From assembly GCA_964016885.1 (NCBI GenBank), contig OZ024742.1, positions 145,514,001-145,578,000 of the forward strand: a stretch of 64,000 nucleotides of DNA, written 5' to 3'. The stretch is from Eledone cirrhosa (taxonomy: Eukaryota). The notes beneath the pieces are model-generated. The model was given only the letters and a program-made list of their open reading frames with translations, searched no databases and was not told the origin of the DNA. Position 1 is the first letter of the stretch, and every line of letters starts with the position of its first letter. A program made the translations under genes and the position numbers. Below are positions 48,150-60,931 of this stretch, piece by piece.

Positions 48150-50885
48150 TCATCATCATCATCTTCATTTTATGTCCACTTTTCCCTGCTTGCAAGGGTG
48201 GGATGGGTCCTATTCAGCACAACATCTCTCCACTTGTCACGGTCCTTCGTCATCTCCTCCGTGAGCTTCAGCAATCTGCGGTCTGCTCTCACCACCTCTG
48301 CCTATGTCTTTTGTGGTCTTCTTCTACTGCGTCTTCCTTCTACTGGGATTTCTTGGCACTTCTTTACCCAGCCGTCATCCTCCATGCGCATCACATGTCC
48401 ATACCATCTCAGTCGTCTCTCCTGAATACCACAACTTACCCCTCTTATACCCAGTTTCACTCTCAACTCATCTATGCTTGGTCGTTCATGCACATTGACA
48501 TTGCACATCCAATGGAGCATGCTTGCTTCATTTCTCCCCAGCCGTTGTATATCCTCTGTAGTTGCTGCCCATGTCTCACTACCATGCAGCATCGCGCATC
48601 TCACACAGGCATCATATAACCAGCCTTTTGTCGACAGGGAGAAACCCTTCTTTGTCAACAGAGAAAGCAGCTACCTAAACTTCTTCCAACCCGTCCTTAT
48701 TCTAGATACTATGACCTTGGAACAGCCCCCCTCCCATGCTAATCTGATCACCTAGGTACCGGAAGCTATCAACCACTTCTATAGAACCCACCTGCATTTG
48801 AAAAATGTGTCTATCACTGCGATTACTACTGTCATGTTTCCCTGTACATCTACTGTATACATAGTTTTCCCTACCTGTTAGTTTGCCTGCTATCTCACTA
48901 CATCTCTTATGTACCCAAGATCTGCATTGCGTACATTTTATAGAATTTATGCCAGTTCCTTTTCTACATATCGAACATGGCCATTTCCCTGATGGAATCA
49001 GAGTTTTGTCCTCTTTTCTACTTATCAACACTTTTGTCTTAGCTATGTTCACTCTCAGTCCCCTCAATTCCAACTGCTGTTTCCATAGCCAGAATTTCTC
49101 CTCTACTGATTCTGCTATCATCAGCATAGAGAAGTTCCCATGGGCAGCCAGTCTTAAACTCCTCTGTTATGGCTTGGAGGACTATAATGAACAAGAGCAG
49201 GCTGAGGACCAAACCCTGATGTACTCCTACTTGTATCTGGAATTCCTTACTAAACTCCATTCCTAGTCTCACTTTACTGACAGCACCTCTGTACATAGCT
49301 TGCAGTGTCCTCACAATCCATTCCTCTGCACCTAGTTTCCTTAGGGACCACCAGATGACAGATCGGGGACCCTATCAAAGGCCTTCTCTAGGTCAACAAA
49401 AGCTAAGTATAGTAGCTTATTCTTCTCTAAGAACCTCTCTTGTAGTTGTCTCACTAAGAAGAGGGCATCTGTTGTACTTTTCCCCGGCACAAAATCAAAC
49501 TGCATCTCATCTAATTTGACCCTTTCTCTAATCAGTTGCGTTAATATTCTCTCTGCCACTTTCATAACCTGATTCATCAGCTTTATGCCTCTTTAATTGC
49601 TCCTCTCCAGAGCATCCCCTTTACCTTTGTAGCAATTTATGAGAATACTGCTGCACCAGTCTTTGGGTATGACACCACTATATATAGCCTGATTGATGAT
49701 GTGCGCAACCAGTTTAGTGCCTACTTCTCCTGATGCCTTCAGCATCTCAGCAACTATCCCCGACGGTCCAGTGGCCTTACCATTTTTCATTTCCTTAATT
49801 GCCTCTTGGACCCTATATTCATCAATCTCAATAGCTGGTCCCTCTGTCGGGTCTACTGGGGGTAATTTCTCTCTCTCCCATTCATTCTCCACATTCATCA
49901 GTCTCTCATAATGACATTTCCAGGCCTCCTTTTTTTTTTATCATTTGTGACACTAAGTACACCGGCATCATTCCAGACACACTTATCTCCAACAACATCC
50001 TGATTTGTACTGACACACTGCCTTGCAATGTGGAACACAGCACATCTCTGATCTTCCCATTGCAGAACATTGGCAAACCTCCTACTCTCAGCCTTCCTGC
50101 GTGCTAAGTACACCTGATGTCTAGCTTCTCTCTTAGCGGCTGTGTATCCTTCTTTATTTTTCCCACCATTTTTCCAAGCGTTCCATGCTAGTCTTTTGTC
50201 TCTAATGGCCCTATCTACCGTGCTGTTCATCCACCAGGTCACTCTCTGTCTGGTTGGAGCCCTGCGCCTGCCACAAGTTTCTTCAGTAGTCTGCAGTAAG
50301 TTGTCACGTAACAAATTCCAGTTATCATCTATGTCATACGACTCTAAACTGTCTTCTTTTTCGTCATACACATCTTGAAGGGGTTTCCTAAATTAATATT
50401 TTAGTGAAAGGTCTTTTAGCTTCCAGACCTTTCTTTTCCATGCCTTCCTGTATGTCTCATTCTGTCTCTTGCTTACTGAGATGTCACTAACGACTAACCT
50501 ATGCTGTGGAGTACATTCTTCTCTGGGGTATGCCTTAGTATTTGACACCATCTGTCTGTCTTGCTGCCTAACTAGCAAGAAGTTAATCTGCTTATGTGCT
50601 CGCCTGATTTGTAGGTTATTAGGTGGTTGGTAGGTTTCTTGAAGTTAGTGCACTTGCATCACAAAATTCAAGAAGCCTTACTCCTACTTCATTTCTTGAG
50701 CCATAACCGTGCCCACCATGTACCCTAGTGTAACCATCCTGGAGCTGTCCAACATGACCATTGAAGTCCCCTGCTAGCATAACGATGTCTCCGTATTCTG
50801 TCATTGCAGTTGTTTGTAAAAGTTGCTCGTAAAAGCAGTCTTTCTCTTCTTAACCTAGGCCTGCCCTGGGAGCATAGGCAGAGAA
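48150..50885 (-). mobile_element. RTE-clade LINE, ~2.7 kb, endonuclease end + RT + Cys/His finger + 3' (GAT)n tail, frameshifted
   Basis: AGDFNGHVG, KGKGDALE, QFDFVPGKSTTDA, FVDLEKAFDRVP, GVHQGLVLSLLLF, ELLYADD, WPCSIC..CTQCRSWVHKRC, FRYLGD, RLRWYGHVMR, RRRPQKT. Confidence 0.92.
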
Positions 50886-52219
50886 CTGAAATTGAGTGAC
50901 AATGTTAATACTTGAAAACTTGGAACAGAAATGTTTTTATTACAAAGATACTAGTAGAGGAAATCCTTTAAGGGATGTTGCAACATTTGTACTCAATCTC
51001 TTGATATTACCTAATTCATATTGAATGCTATCAAAACAAAATAAAGAAATATGATGCAATTGTTCCAGTATTTCATCTTCGCTATCGCTTACAGTAATGC
51101 TATGAGTATTCTGGGTTGCCTCAAAAATATTTAGAGAGCAAACACAAGCATTCCCTGGTGTAATCAACTTGTATTGTATTGTGTAATTAAGAGAGTGTGC
51201 ATGTTTTTCCATTTTCTTCTTGACCTTTTTTTGTTATTGATATGTTTCTTTTGTAAATTATATACTATAGATGTAACTTCCAATGCTTGGAGCTGTTCTC
51301 TCTGTAAAGTATGACCTGAATCAACATAAATGCTGCAGGATACATATCTAAGTCTGAAACAATTTAGCAGCACTGGAAATACGGAAGAATTCCAAAATTT
51401 AGAAGATTAGTTAGATGCTGTTTTAGTAATTTCCTGCTTCTTTGTAGATAAAGTATTTCACAATAATATATATATTTTTTGTCCAATTTGTATTCAGTTG
51501 TGGATTTCATGCGTAGACTTAGTTCACATAAAATGGTTCCTCAAATAACTGATGTATAAGGATTTCTCAAATATTTGAGAACACAGTAAGAATCTGAGGT
51601 ATTTCACAATAATAAATGTTCTGCAATGTGTATATATTTGCCTCATCAGGTTGAATTTGATGCCAGCACAGAAACACAAACATAAAATTATGATGATGGT
51701 TATTAGGTCTATAATTGTTAGCAGTAGGTAGTACACTTCAAGAAACTGATAATTTTGGCCATTGATTTAAGAAATTACACATGCACCATGCTGCTTGTCA
51801 TGGGTTCGCCTGTAACACTATCTGGGTGCTATGGTTTGCCAAAGGGCAGCTTGTGTTTGGCCTAGGACAGCTTATATACAATGGTGTGCAAATGTTTATT
51901 ATACCCATCTCTGAGACAGGTGTTATTGAGTTCTCAGGTGGGAGAACCACAGAAAAAAGTAATTTATGATGATTTTGAAGGCCATTTTCATACAAAATAT
52001 AAAAAATCATATAAAAAACAAATTTCACCTTCCAAATAACTACCATTCATATTAATCAATTTTACTATTACACCGATCTCAAAGATGTGTGTAATAATAA
52101 AAAATTACTGAAAGAAATAGTACCCTTATCTGTCACCTGCGAACCTACCTGATTCTAAATTTGCAAGGGAATTTTCATATTTCAGAGTTTAAAAAAATTT
52201 CCTCCTTTTTTTTTAAGAG

Positions 52220-53318
52220 AATGTAAATAAATGATTTCCAACATATTTCTCTGTGACAGTTTTTCTCCGCTCTGGATTTTAAGGTCAGAATTCCAAGAGA
52301 AAGATTTGCCAAGCATTTCACATTTCTCTAATGCATATTTGCTTATGGATTATGGGGGAAGAATATCGAGAAAACAATTTACTGCATATTCGAACATGAG
52401 GTTTTTCTCTGGTGTTTATTTCTTTGTGACGTTTTAAATCCTGATTTAGGAAAAAGAAAATCCTACATATTCCACAGTAATCATGTTTTTCTCCAGTGTG
52501 CATCTGTTTGGGTTATAAGTTGTGATTTCACATAGAATGATTGACCACATATTTCATAGTGATGATTTCTTTTTTAGGCATTTGTGTTTTTTAATTAAAT
52601 TTATTTATAAAAAATAAAAATTCTTAATGATATGGTTGTTGTCCAATGTATGTGGATTTTAAGCTAAAATTTCCAATGAATGATTTCTTACAAATTTCAG
52701 TGAAATTGGTTTTCTCCAGTGAGTATTCTTTTGTGGACCTGCCAACCTCTAAAAAGTCATGAAAAAAAGAGTCCCAAAACGGAGAGAAATGTGGCAAAAT
52801 GTGGAGATTTTACATAATGAAAGTTATACCAATTTTCACAAGAGAAGACATCTCTCTCCCACCCCAAAGCGGGTGGGAGATCTCATCAGACCGGTCTGCT
52901 TTTGTGTCTTGCCAAACTACTGTTAGAAACTAAAGATTTCCCACATATTTTACACTGATAGGGTTTTCTCCCGTGTGACTACGTATGTGGAAAATAAGAC
53001 GAGAATTTTGAGAGAAAGGTTACCCACATATTTCACAGTGAAATGGTTTTTCGTCAATATGTATTCTTTTGTGTTTTGTTAAATTATTGTGAGAGACAAA
53101 AGATTTCCCACATATTTCACGGTGGGCGAAGACTTTATGTTCAGAAAAGAATGTTTTCTTATAAATCTCACAGCTATATTCAGGAATGTTTCTGTATGAT
53201 GATCCTGGTTAGGAAACGTTCCACTACATAAGTTTCTCCCCACTAATGTCCTTGTAACTGAAACTATATTTTCAAAAGCAATTTTGTTAGAGGTGTTAAA
53301 CTCATTAGCATACGCCAT
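52220..53318 (-). pseudogene. C2H2 zinc-finger pseudogene, head-to-head with 54564-56075
   Basis: N-terminus MAYANEFNTSNK.. is homologous to the paralogs; frameshifted fingers (e.g. HTGEKHDYCGIC); ~52320-52460 aligns with ~63740-63800 and adjacent fingers. Confidence 0.8.
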
Positions 53319-53444
53319 ATTAATTCTCAATTAATTTTTTAAAGCTGAGAAATGTTTCAATGTAAAATCTATAGTTGAGTGTCTTGTCTTAGATATCATG
53401 GTGTCTGTTTACATGTATGATAAGATGAGACTGTTTACTTGGTA

Positions 53445-53588
53445 TTAGAGTTACGCCCCTTTACGGTCTGAGTTCAAATCCCGCCGAGGTTAACTTTGCC
53501 TTTCATCCTTACGGGATCGATAAAATAAAGCACCAGTAATGCACTGTGATAATTGCTGGCCTTGTGCCAAAAAGTAGAAACAATTAAT
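53445..53588 (+). mobile_element. OK-like SINE, 5'-truncated
   Basis: Matches ~1085-1225. Confidence 0.85.
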
Positions 53589-54563
53589 TACATTAGATGA
53601 AGTTATAAGATAGGAATTAGGCGGTGTCGCTAAAAATATTTCCCTGTGATAAATAATACCGGTGACATAAATGAAAGGTCTCTACTATAATTTAAAACAC
53701 AAAAATAGAAAATAACTATTACGTATCAACGAGGGAGCCTCTACGTAATCGCTCAATCTGCTAGAATCAGTGGTAAAACAATCATCAAATGACACCCAGA
53801 AGAGCATATACTACAATGTAGTACTAAATGGGCACAATGAAACGTCTTGCGTCATACCTCTACACGATTCTGGTTAACCCGAGGATAAACAACAATACAG
53901 GGTAACCCAATGGTATGTCGATGTTAGATTTATTAAAGACACTTAATAAATTATTAGAGTTAATAAAATATATTTCAATAGGACAATGCATCAAGTTACG
54001 AGTTTCCGAAACAACTATATATTTATATGAATGTCACTGGTGTTCTTCAAGTGAGAAAAAATTTTAATGATGCCGTAAAATTATAAACCGCGTTTTAACT
54101 GTTCAGAAATTACATCCCAACAAATAAATATATATAGTTTTAGGATTTTAATTTAAAAATTATAAGATTTTAATTTATATACAAATGTGAATATTTTGTC
54201 ACAAATTTCAGAGATAAAGTTTTAAATAAATTTCTTAGTTATTTATTATTCTGTAAATTGGCAAACTTAATTTAGAGATTGAATTTGTTATAGGTTGAAG
54301 ATAATTGATATAGTGTTTCTGAATGTACAAAATTATGTTATTGCATATCACCGGTGTTATTCAGGCGAGGGAAATATTTTCAACAACACCGCCTACTTCA
54401 TATTTTAATAACGTCATCTGATCTAATTATAAACAAATTACAATATTGCAATACTGAAACTCACAATATCTATATCAGACATGTAAACATACTCGCATAC
54501 GCTAAAACAAGACACTGAAACATAGGAAATTCCTCAGCTTTAAAGAATACATCGAAAATTAAT

Positions 54564-56075
54564 ATGGAGGATGTTAAAGATTTCGGCGCATCTAGCAAAA
54601 CTGATTTAATTACGAGGACGTACAATGGTAAGAAACCTTTACTCAAGGAAATGTTTCCCAAACACAGATCATTACATAGAAATATTCCTGAATATAGTTG
54701 TGGGATTTGTAAGAAAATATTCTATTCAGAACAGGAATTCTTCACCCACAAAGGAATACACAATACGGAAAAGCTAACAAAACCCAAAAGAATACACACT
54801 GGAGAAAAATCATTTCACTGTGAAGTATGTAAAAAATCCTTCACTCGGAAATCTCATGTTGCTGTCCACATGCGTAGTCATACCGGAGAAAAACCTTTTT
54901 GCTGTGAAACATGTGGGAAATCTTTCACCGAAAATTCTATGCTTACAATCCATAAACGTAAACACACTGGAGAAAGACCGTATAACTGTAAAACATGTGG
55001 GAAAACTTTTGGAAATAACAGTAATTTAAAAATCCACGAACGAATCCATACTGGAGAAAAACCGTACCACTGTGAAATATGTGAGAAATCTTTCTCTCAA
55101 AATACTAGTCTAGTCATCCACATACGTAGTCACACTGGAGAAAAACCGTATCGATGTGATATATGTGGGAAATCATTCTCTGTTAACTATCAACGTGTTA
55201 TCCACATGCGGAATCACACTGAAGAAGATCCCTATCAATGTGAAATATGTGGACAAGTTTTCTCTATCCGTATATTGGCAAATCACAGAAGCACACATAC
55301 AGAAGAAAAACCTTATTGCTGTGGAATGTATGAGAAATCTTTCATTGATAATTCATATTTTGATACCCACAAACGTAGACACATTGGGGGAAAACCCTAC
55401 CATTGTGAAATATGTGGAAAATCTTTCGTTGTAAAGTCTAAGCTTACACTCCACAAACGTTGGCATGCTGGAGAAAAACCATACAGCTGTGAAATATGTG
55501 GAAAATCGTTTTTTAATAATGGTGATTTAAGCAAACATAACCGAGTACACACTGGAGAAAAACCTTTCCATTGTGACATATGTGGAAAATCTTTCTATGG
55601 GAATTCTAGCCTCGTAGCTCATAAAAGAATACACACGGGAGAAAAACCTTTCCAATGTGACATATGTGGAAAATTCTTTGCACATAATTGTGTTTTAACA
55701 AAACACAAAAGAAGACACACTGGAGAGAAACCCTACAACTGCGAAATATGTGGAAAATCTTTTACCTGTAACAGTGATTTGACAGTTCATAAAAGAATAC
55801 ACACTGGAGAAAAACCCTACCACTGTGAAATATGTGGAAAATCTTTCATTGAAAATTCTAGGCTTACAATCCACAAACGTAGACATACTGGAGAAAAACC
55901 GCACAGCTGTGAAATATGTGGAAAATCTTTTGTTAATGTTAGTGATTTAAGCAGACACAAACAAATACACACTGGAGAAAAGCCTTACCACTGTGAAATA
56001 TGTGGAAAATCTTTGGCTTGTAAACGTAATTTAACAATTCACAAAAGAATACACACTAGAGAAAATGCATTGTAA
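54564..56075 (+). CDS. Tandem C2H2 zinc-finger protein, 503 aa, about 15 intact and 1 degenerate finger
   Basis: Uninterrupted ORF; inverted paralog of 42236-43570 with 32 extra N-terminal residues and one extra finger; candidate acceptor tttgttatAG at 54292-54293. Confidence 0.92.
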   Translation: MEDVKDFGASSKTDLITRTYNGKKPLLKEMFPKHRSLHRNIPEYSCGICKKIFYSEQEFFTHKGIHNTEKLTKPKRIHTGEKSFHCEVCKKSFTRKSHVAVHMRSHTGEKPFCCETCGKSFTENSMLTIHKRKHTGERPYNCKTCGKTFGNNSNLKIHERIHTGEKPYHCEICEKSFSQNTSLVIHIRSHTGEKPYRCDICGKSFSVNYQRVIHMRNHTEEDPYQCEICGQVFSIRILANHRSTHTEEKPYCCGMYEKSFIDNSYFDTHKRRHIGGKPYHCEICGKSFVVKSKLTLHKRWHAGEKPYSCEICGKSFFNNGDLSKHNRVHTGEKPFHCDICGKSFYGNSSLVAHKRIHTGEKPFQCDICGKFFAHNCVLTKHKRRHTGEKPYNCEICGKSFTCNSDLTVHKRIHTGEKPYHCEICGKSFIENSRLTIHKRRHTGEKPHSCEICGKSFVNVSDLSRHKQIHTGEKPYHCEICGKSLACKRNLTIHKRIHTRENAL

Positions 56076-57457
56076 TGAAATATATGAGAAATTATTTGTT
56101 GAAAATATTAAATTTGAAATCCACAACATAGGTGTATAACCATGTAGCTGTAATGGTGTGGAAAATCTTTTGTAAATAATTGTGATATAAAAGTCATAAA
56201 CATTTTAACTGAAATATTTAGGAAATCATGTGAAGACACATAAATGACAAGGAGATGCACACTAGAGATTAATCTTATCACTGTGATATATATGGTTTAT
56301 CATTTTTTAGAACTCTTCTCTTGTAATCACACTAGAGGAAGTTGAGATGTGTTAAAATAATCCTTTGTCATCTTAAAGACTACAAACGTTGACACATTTG
56401 AGAAAAACCATGTGATTGTGAAATATGTGGTTAATATTTTGTTAATAATAGTGATTTAAACTAATACAAGCAAAAACACACGGAAGTGGAACCATATCAT
56501 TGTAGAATATGTGAGAAATCATTACTTACACTCACATAAAAAGATATGAACTAATACTCACTAAAAGGAAGCTCTTTAAGTGAGATCATTTTCCTGAAAA
56601 TGAGAGATCCTTTTCCTGCAAATCTAAACTTATAACCACAAATGAATACACATTGGTGAACATTTATCATGAGAAATATGTTGAAAATCATTCACTTTGA
56701 ACTTTTATTTTGTAATCTACAAATGTGCTTTAATTTGAGCAAAATCTTTTCTCTAAAATATTTAAGAAATCCTTATTTGTAATTTGATAAATAAATGCAT
56801 ACAAAACAAAAACTATATCAATGTGAAATATTCTGGAAATCATTCCTTGACTTCTCTAATTTCATATTCCACTAATACATCCTGGAGAAAAATCTACTCA
56901 GTCATTTGTCATGAAATTTTCTTACAGGGATACAATCTCACTAACCATGACTGTAAAAACCCTAGTGTGAAATATGTAGGAAATTATTCTCTTTCAAAAG
57001 TAAAAAGAAGAAATAACTAAGAAAATCATCTCAGTTTTTCATATATTCTAGACAAGAAATGTTAAACAAATGCATATTTATACAGGAGGAATTTATTAAC
57101 CGTACCACTGAAATTTGTGGCAAAATGATCACAATTATATGTAAATTAATATTATATTTAATAAAAACTTAACTATATTTGTTGAGTTGTATTTTCTAGA
57201 GAGGTTGAAATATTTTTCAAAATTAATTCATCACTAAAAACACAATTTTGTCATCATGATCATTTTATGACCACCTTTGCATGCAAAGTCGGATGAGACT
57301 TTTTGAGGCATTAGAATATGGCTGTATACCCTTTCTGAAGCTAACTCTTGTGTTTTTTATGTAAGGTGCTGACCCTCACACATAGAGCTAATAACCTACA
57401 AGCATACTGTTTACATGCAACATGAATAACTGTCATCAGATGCCCAAGTGGTCATTA

Positions 57458-57826
57458 TCATCATCATCATCATCTTTACCATTTTACGTTCCTCTTTTCC
57501 ATTATTGGGCAGGTTCTTTCCAGTGCAGCATCTTTCGAATCATCTCAGTCTTTTGTCATCTCATCTGTGAGATTCAGTAATATGAAATCAACTCTGACAA
57601 CCTCTGCCCAGGTCTTCCTTGGTCACCCTCTACTACAGCTCCCTTCCACTGGGATTTCTTAGCACTTCTTCACCCAATGCTCGTTCTCCATACACATCAC
57701 ATGGTTAGTGCAATCTTCTCTCCTTCACACTACATCTAATTCCTCTTATATCCAGCCTCTCTCTTAGCTCATCTATGCTTTGTTTTTCACATATATTAAC
57801 ATTGCACATCCATCGTAGCATGCTTA
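57458..57826 (-). mobile_element. RTE LINE 3' fragment
   Basis: Similar to 48150-48530, including the (CAT)n tail and GRPRKTW-like end. Confidence 0.75.
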
Positions 57827-58054
57827 CTGTTTTATATCTATAATATATATTTATTACATTCATCATCATCATCATCACTGTTTAACGTCCATTTTTCCAT
57901 GCTCGCATGGGTCAGACGGTTCGTCTGCATTGATAGACATTTCTGGCCAGTATTGGCCACGCCATACCTTGCTCTGACAGGACTGTAAATTTGCCAGGGT
58001 TTTTACTGCTGGATGCCCTTCATAACACTAAACACATTTACTAAATTATGTATA

Positions 58055-60745
58055 ATATTTTTTTTCAAACCTTCTAACCTCTCACTCTCCAAACTTTGCG
58101 ACTTTCCGAAGAAGGGCTTACATCTGATATGTTGAGACATTCATTTACTTCCTGTTTCCTATTTTTTTATCTTCATTCCCACCCTACAACTCCCTCCTCC
58201 TACCACCCATTCCCTATTCAATACTTCTGACCTCAACCCCACCCTCTCCATTGAAACCCACCCACCAACACGCAACTTGTCACTCTACCCACCAACTTTC
58301 CTCTCTCTCTGGACCTGAATGTTCCCTCTTCAGTAGGGATTTCATATCCATATTAGTTATAGCTACAAATTTCACGTTTGCACATATTGAACGGTTCCTG
58401 CACTGCACCGAATTGCAGGTGCATTTCCATGGCGCACCATAGGCTCTGAATGATCCGGACCACTTCTTGGACCTGGGCCGGAATCCATCTTATTGAACGC
58501 CAGCACACTGATAATGTAGCACCTGGGACATATTCATTGATGCCTGCCATAGTACCGTGAACCAGTTCAACTTTCACAAACACTTCCAGCAAAGCAATAT
58601 CTCCTGAGCAAAACTTACCACTTTCCACTCCTCTTGAAGCTGTGATGGCATTGTCATCTAACTGGCAGACAAGAAGGGTGGCGTGGTTGTGTGGCAGGCC
58701 AACATCTACAAGACAGAGACACTATGAAAGCTCTGCAATCTCCTCTTCTATTGAGTCATGCCCTCGATACCAGCAACAAGTATCCTCTACCTTACAGCTA
58801 ATTGTTTCCTCCCTCCTACTCCTCACTGCCACTAGCCTCATTGCCCACACACCATGCACTTCCTTCCCAAAATTCACAAACCTGACACCCCTGGCTGCCG
58901 CATAATCTCCAATTGTAACTGTCCCACCGAACATATCTCCACCTACCTGCGACTCCATACTCCCACTCCTAGTAGTCGCCTTCCCCTCCCACACATCTGA
59001 CACCAGCCATGTCCTCCGCTTCTTCAACTACCTTATTTTCCCACCTGGCCCACCCACATTCCTTCATTCAGTCATCTCCCACACCAAAGGCCTCCAACAC
59101 TTCCTTGACCTTCCTGAACTGGTTCTCACCCACAACTGTTTTTCCTTCTCAGGTGAGTTTTACCAGCAGGTAACTGGGGTGGTGATGAGCACAAGAATGG
59201 GTCCTAATTATACCACCCTATTTGTTGATTACATTGTGGCCTAAATCTTTACCTATATGGCTATTATATCAATGACTGTATCGGCACCACCTCATTCAGT
59301 TGGGAGAGCAGCTTGACTTCTTTTTCTGCTCTTAACACTCGACCCATAACTTCATCACCTCCATCCACATCTGGACATCTCCATCTCCATTGATCCCTCC
59401 CATCATTCCCTCATCACCTCTGCCTTCTTCAAACCCACCGATTCCCACTCCTACCTCGACTTCACTTCATTCCACCCGTCTCATACCAAATACTTCATAC
59501 TCTATTCTCAATTCCTCTGTCTCTGCCATTTGTGCTATCCAATCCATATTTTCAAAATGCAGGCTAGAAGGTCCACTCAGCGATGTCCCCCACCCCCTGA
59601 TCCAATCCCTCCACCAACTGATGCCCATTCCCCTTTATATATCAACCCTCCACTTTTCCCCTCCAGAGGATGATCCTCTGTCTCTTCTACTACTTCTCCT
59701 TCTTACATCTCCCCTACTTCAAGTACACACACAATCCTAGGAATCTTCTTATCCACAGTTTCTTTCTTCCTCCAGACATTTCCACTCTGTTGGACATGCC
59801 ACCCACCACCTCACAGTTTTTGGCATTGTTCCTTGCCCCAGACTCATGCCTCAAAAGAGAACAACAGTACCTTATTTTTTCTCTCCAACTTTTACTAGAA
59901 CCAGCCTAATGGCCCACCCATCTTCCATTAGCCTGCTCTTTCTTAGCACCCACTCACACACTAACTTTTATCAATACAACCACTCAAAAATGCACACAGA
60001 CACGCATAGATATGAAAAAATACACATACACCACACAACTAATTATGCTTACACGACCAACTTAAACATTAACACTACAATCCTTTACTCTCTGTACACA
60101 CACTACCATGACCACAAATAGGCGTAACAGCTCAGCCTCGATGTGTCATTACATGTTCACTCCATACCACTTCTGTTCTTAGTGCACTACACTGAGCCAT
60201 CCCACCTCTGGCCACTTCCTGAATAGCACAGCTTTGACTGCTACACATCATTACTTCGATTTCAGCCCTGGATTCTACCATACATGGATACAGACAGTCA
60301 TACAAGCTTATGCATACATACTCATATACACAGACTAATAAGCACATAAACTCACCCAAACATGTATACACATACACAGATAAAAGTACCTAAAAAATTC
60401 AGATGCACAAGTGTATACACACACATAAAAAATACATTAAAAATTCACAGACACACACATACACAGAGACAAAAACTACATAAAAAATTCAGACATATGC
60501 ACACCTTCATCAATGGTACACAGATAACACACACAGAAGAAATCCACACCCATGAAATGCATTCCATCTGCACACATGTAACAGCACCCATGACACACCT
60601 GTCTGTCAACCCTGGCCCCCACTCCCAGACTACTCACCTACCCATCTTAATTTTAATTTATTTTTTCCAAACTTTTCTCTCTCTCCAAATTTGCTATTTC
60701 CTGAAGGATTCATGTCCAATAATTTGAGACAATTATTTACTTTTT
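58055..60745 (+). mobile_element. Old degraded Penelope-like element (Neptune-like) with relic direct pseudo-LTRs
   Basis: ADK.G.VVVW, PKIHKP, GVVMSTRMGPNY, YINDCIG and FKPTDSHSYLDF remnants; ~58058-58150 and ~60660-60745 are diverged direct repeats. Confidence 0.7.
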
Positions 60746-60750
60746 ATCTT

Positions 60751-60931
60751 AAGGGCGGTGGATTGGCAGTATCGGTAGAGGGTCGAACGCCATGCTTTCC
60801 AGCATAGTTACGTCCCTTTACGATCTGAGTTCAAATCCCGCCGGGGTTGACTTTGCCTTTCATCCTTACGGGGTCGATAAAATAAAGTACCAGTAATGCA
60901 CTGGGTAATTGCTGGCCTTGTGCCTAAAGTA
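60751..60931 (+). mobile_element. OK-like SINE, full length, with a 25-bp flanking duplication
   Basis: A/B-box head; gagacaattatttactttttatctt at 60726-60750 and 60932-60956. Confidence 0.9.
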
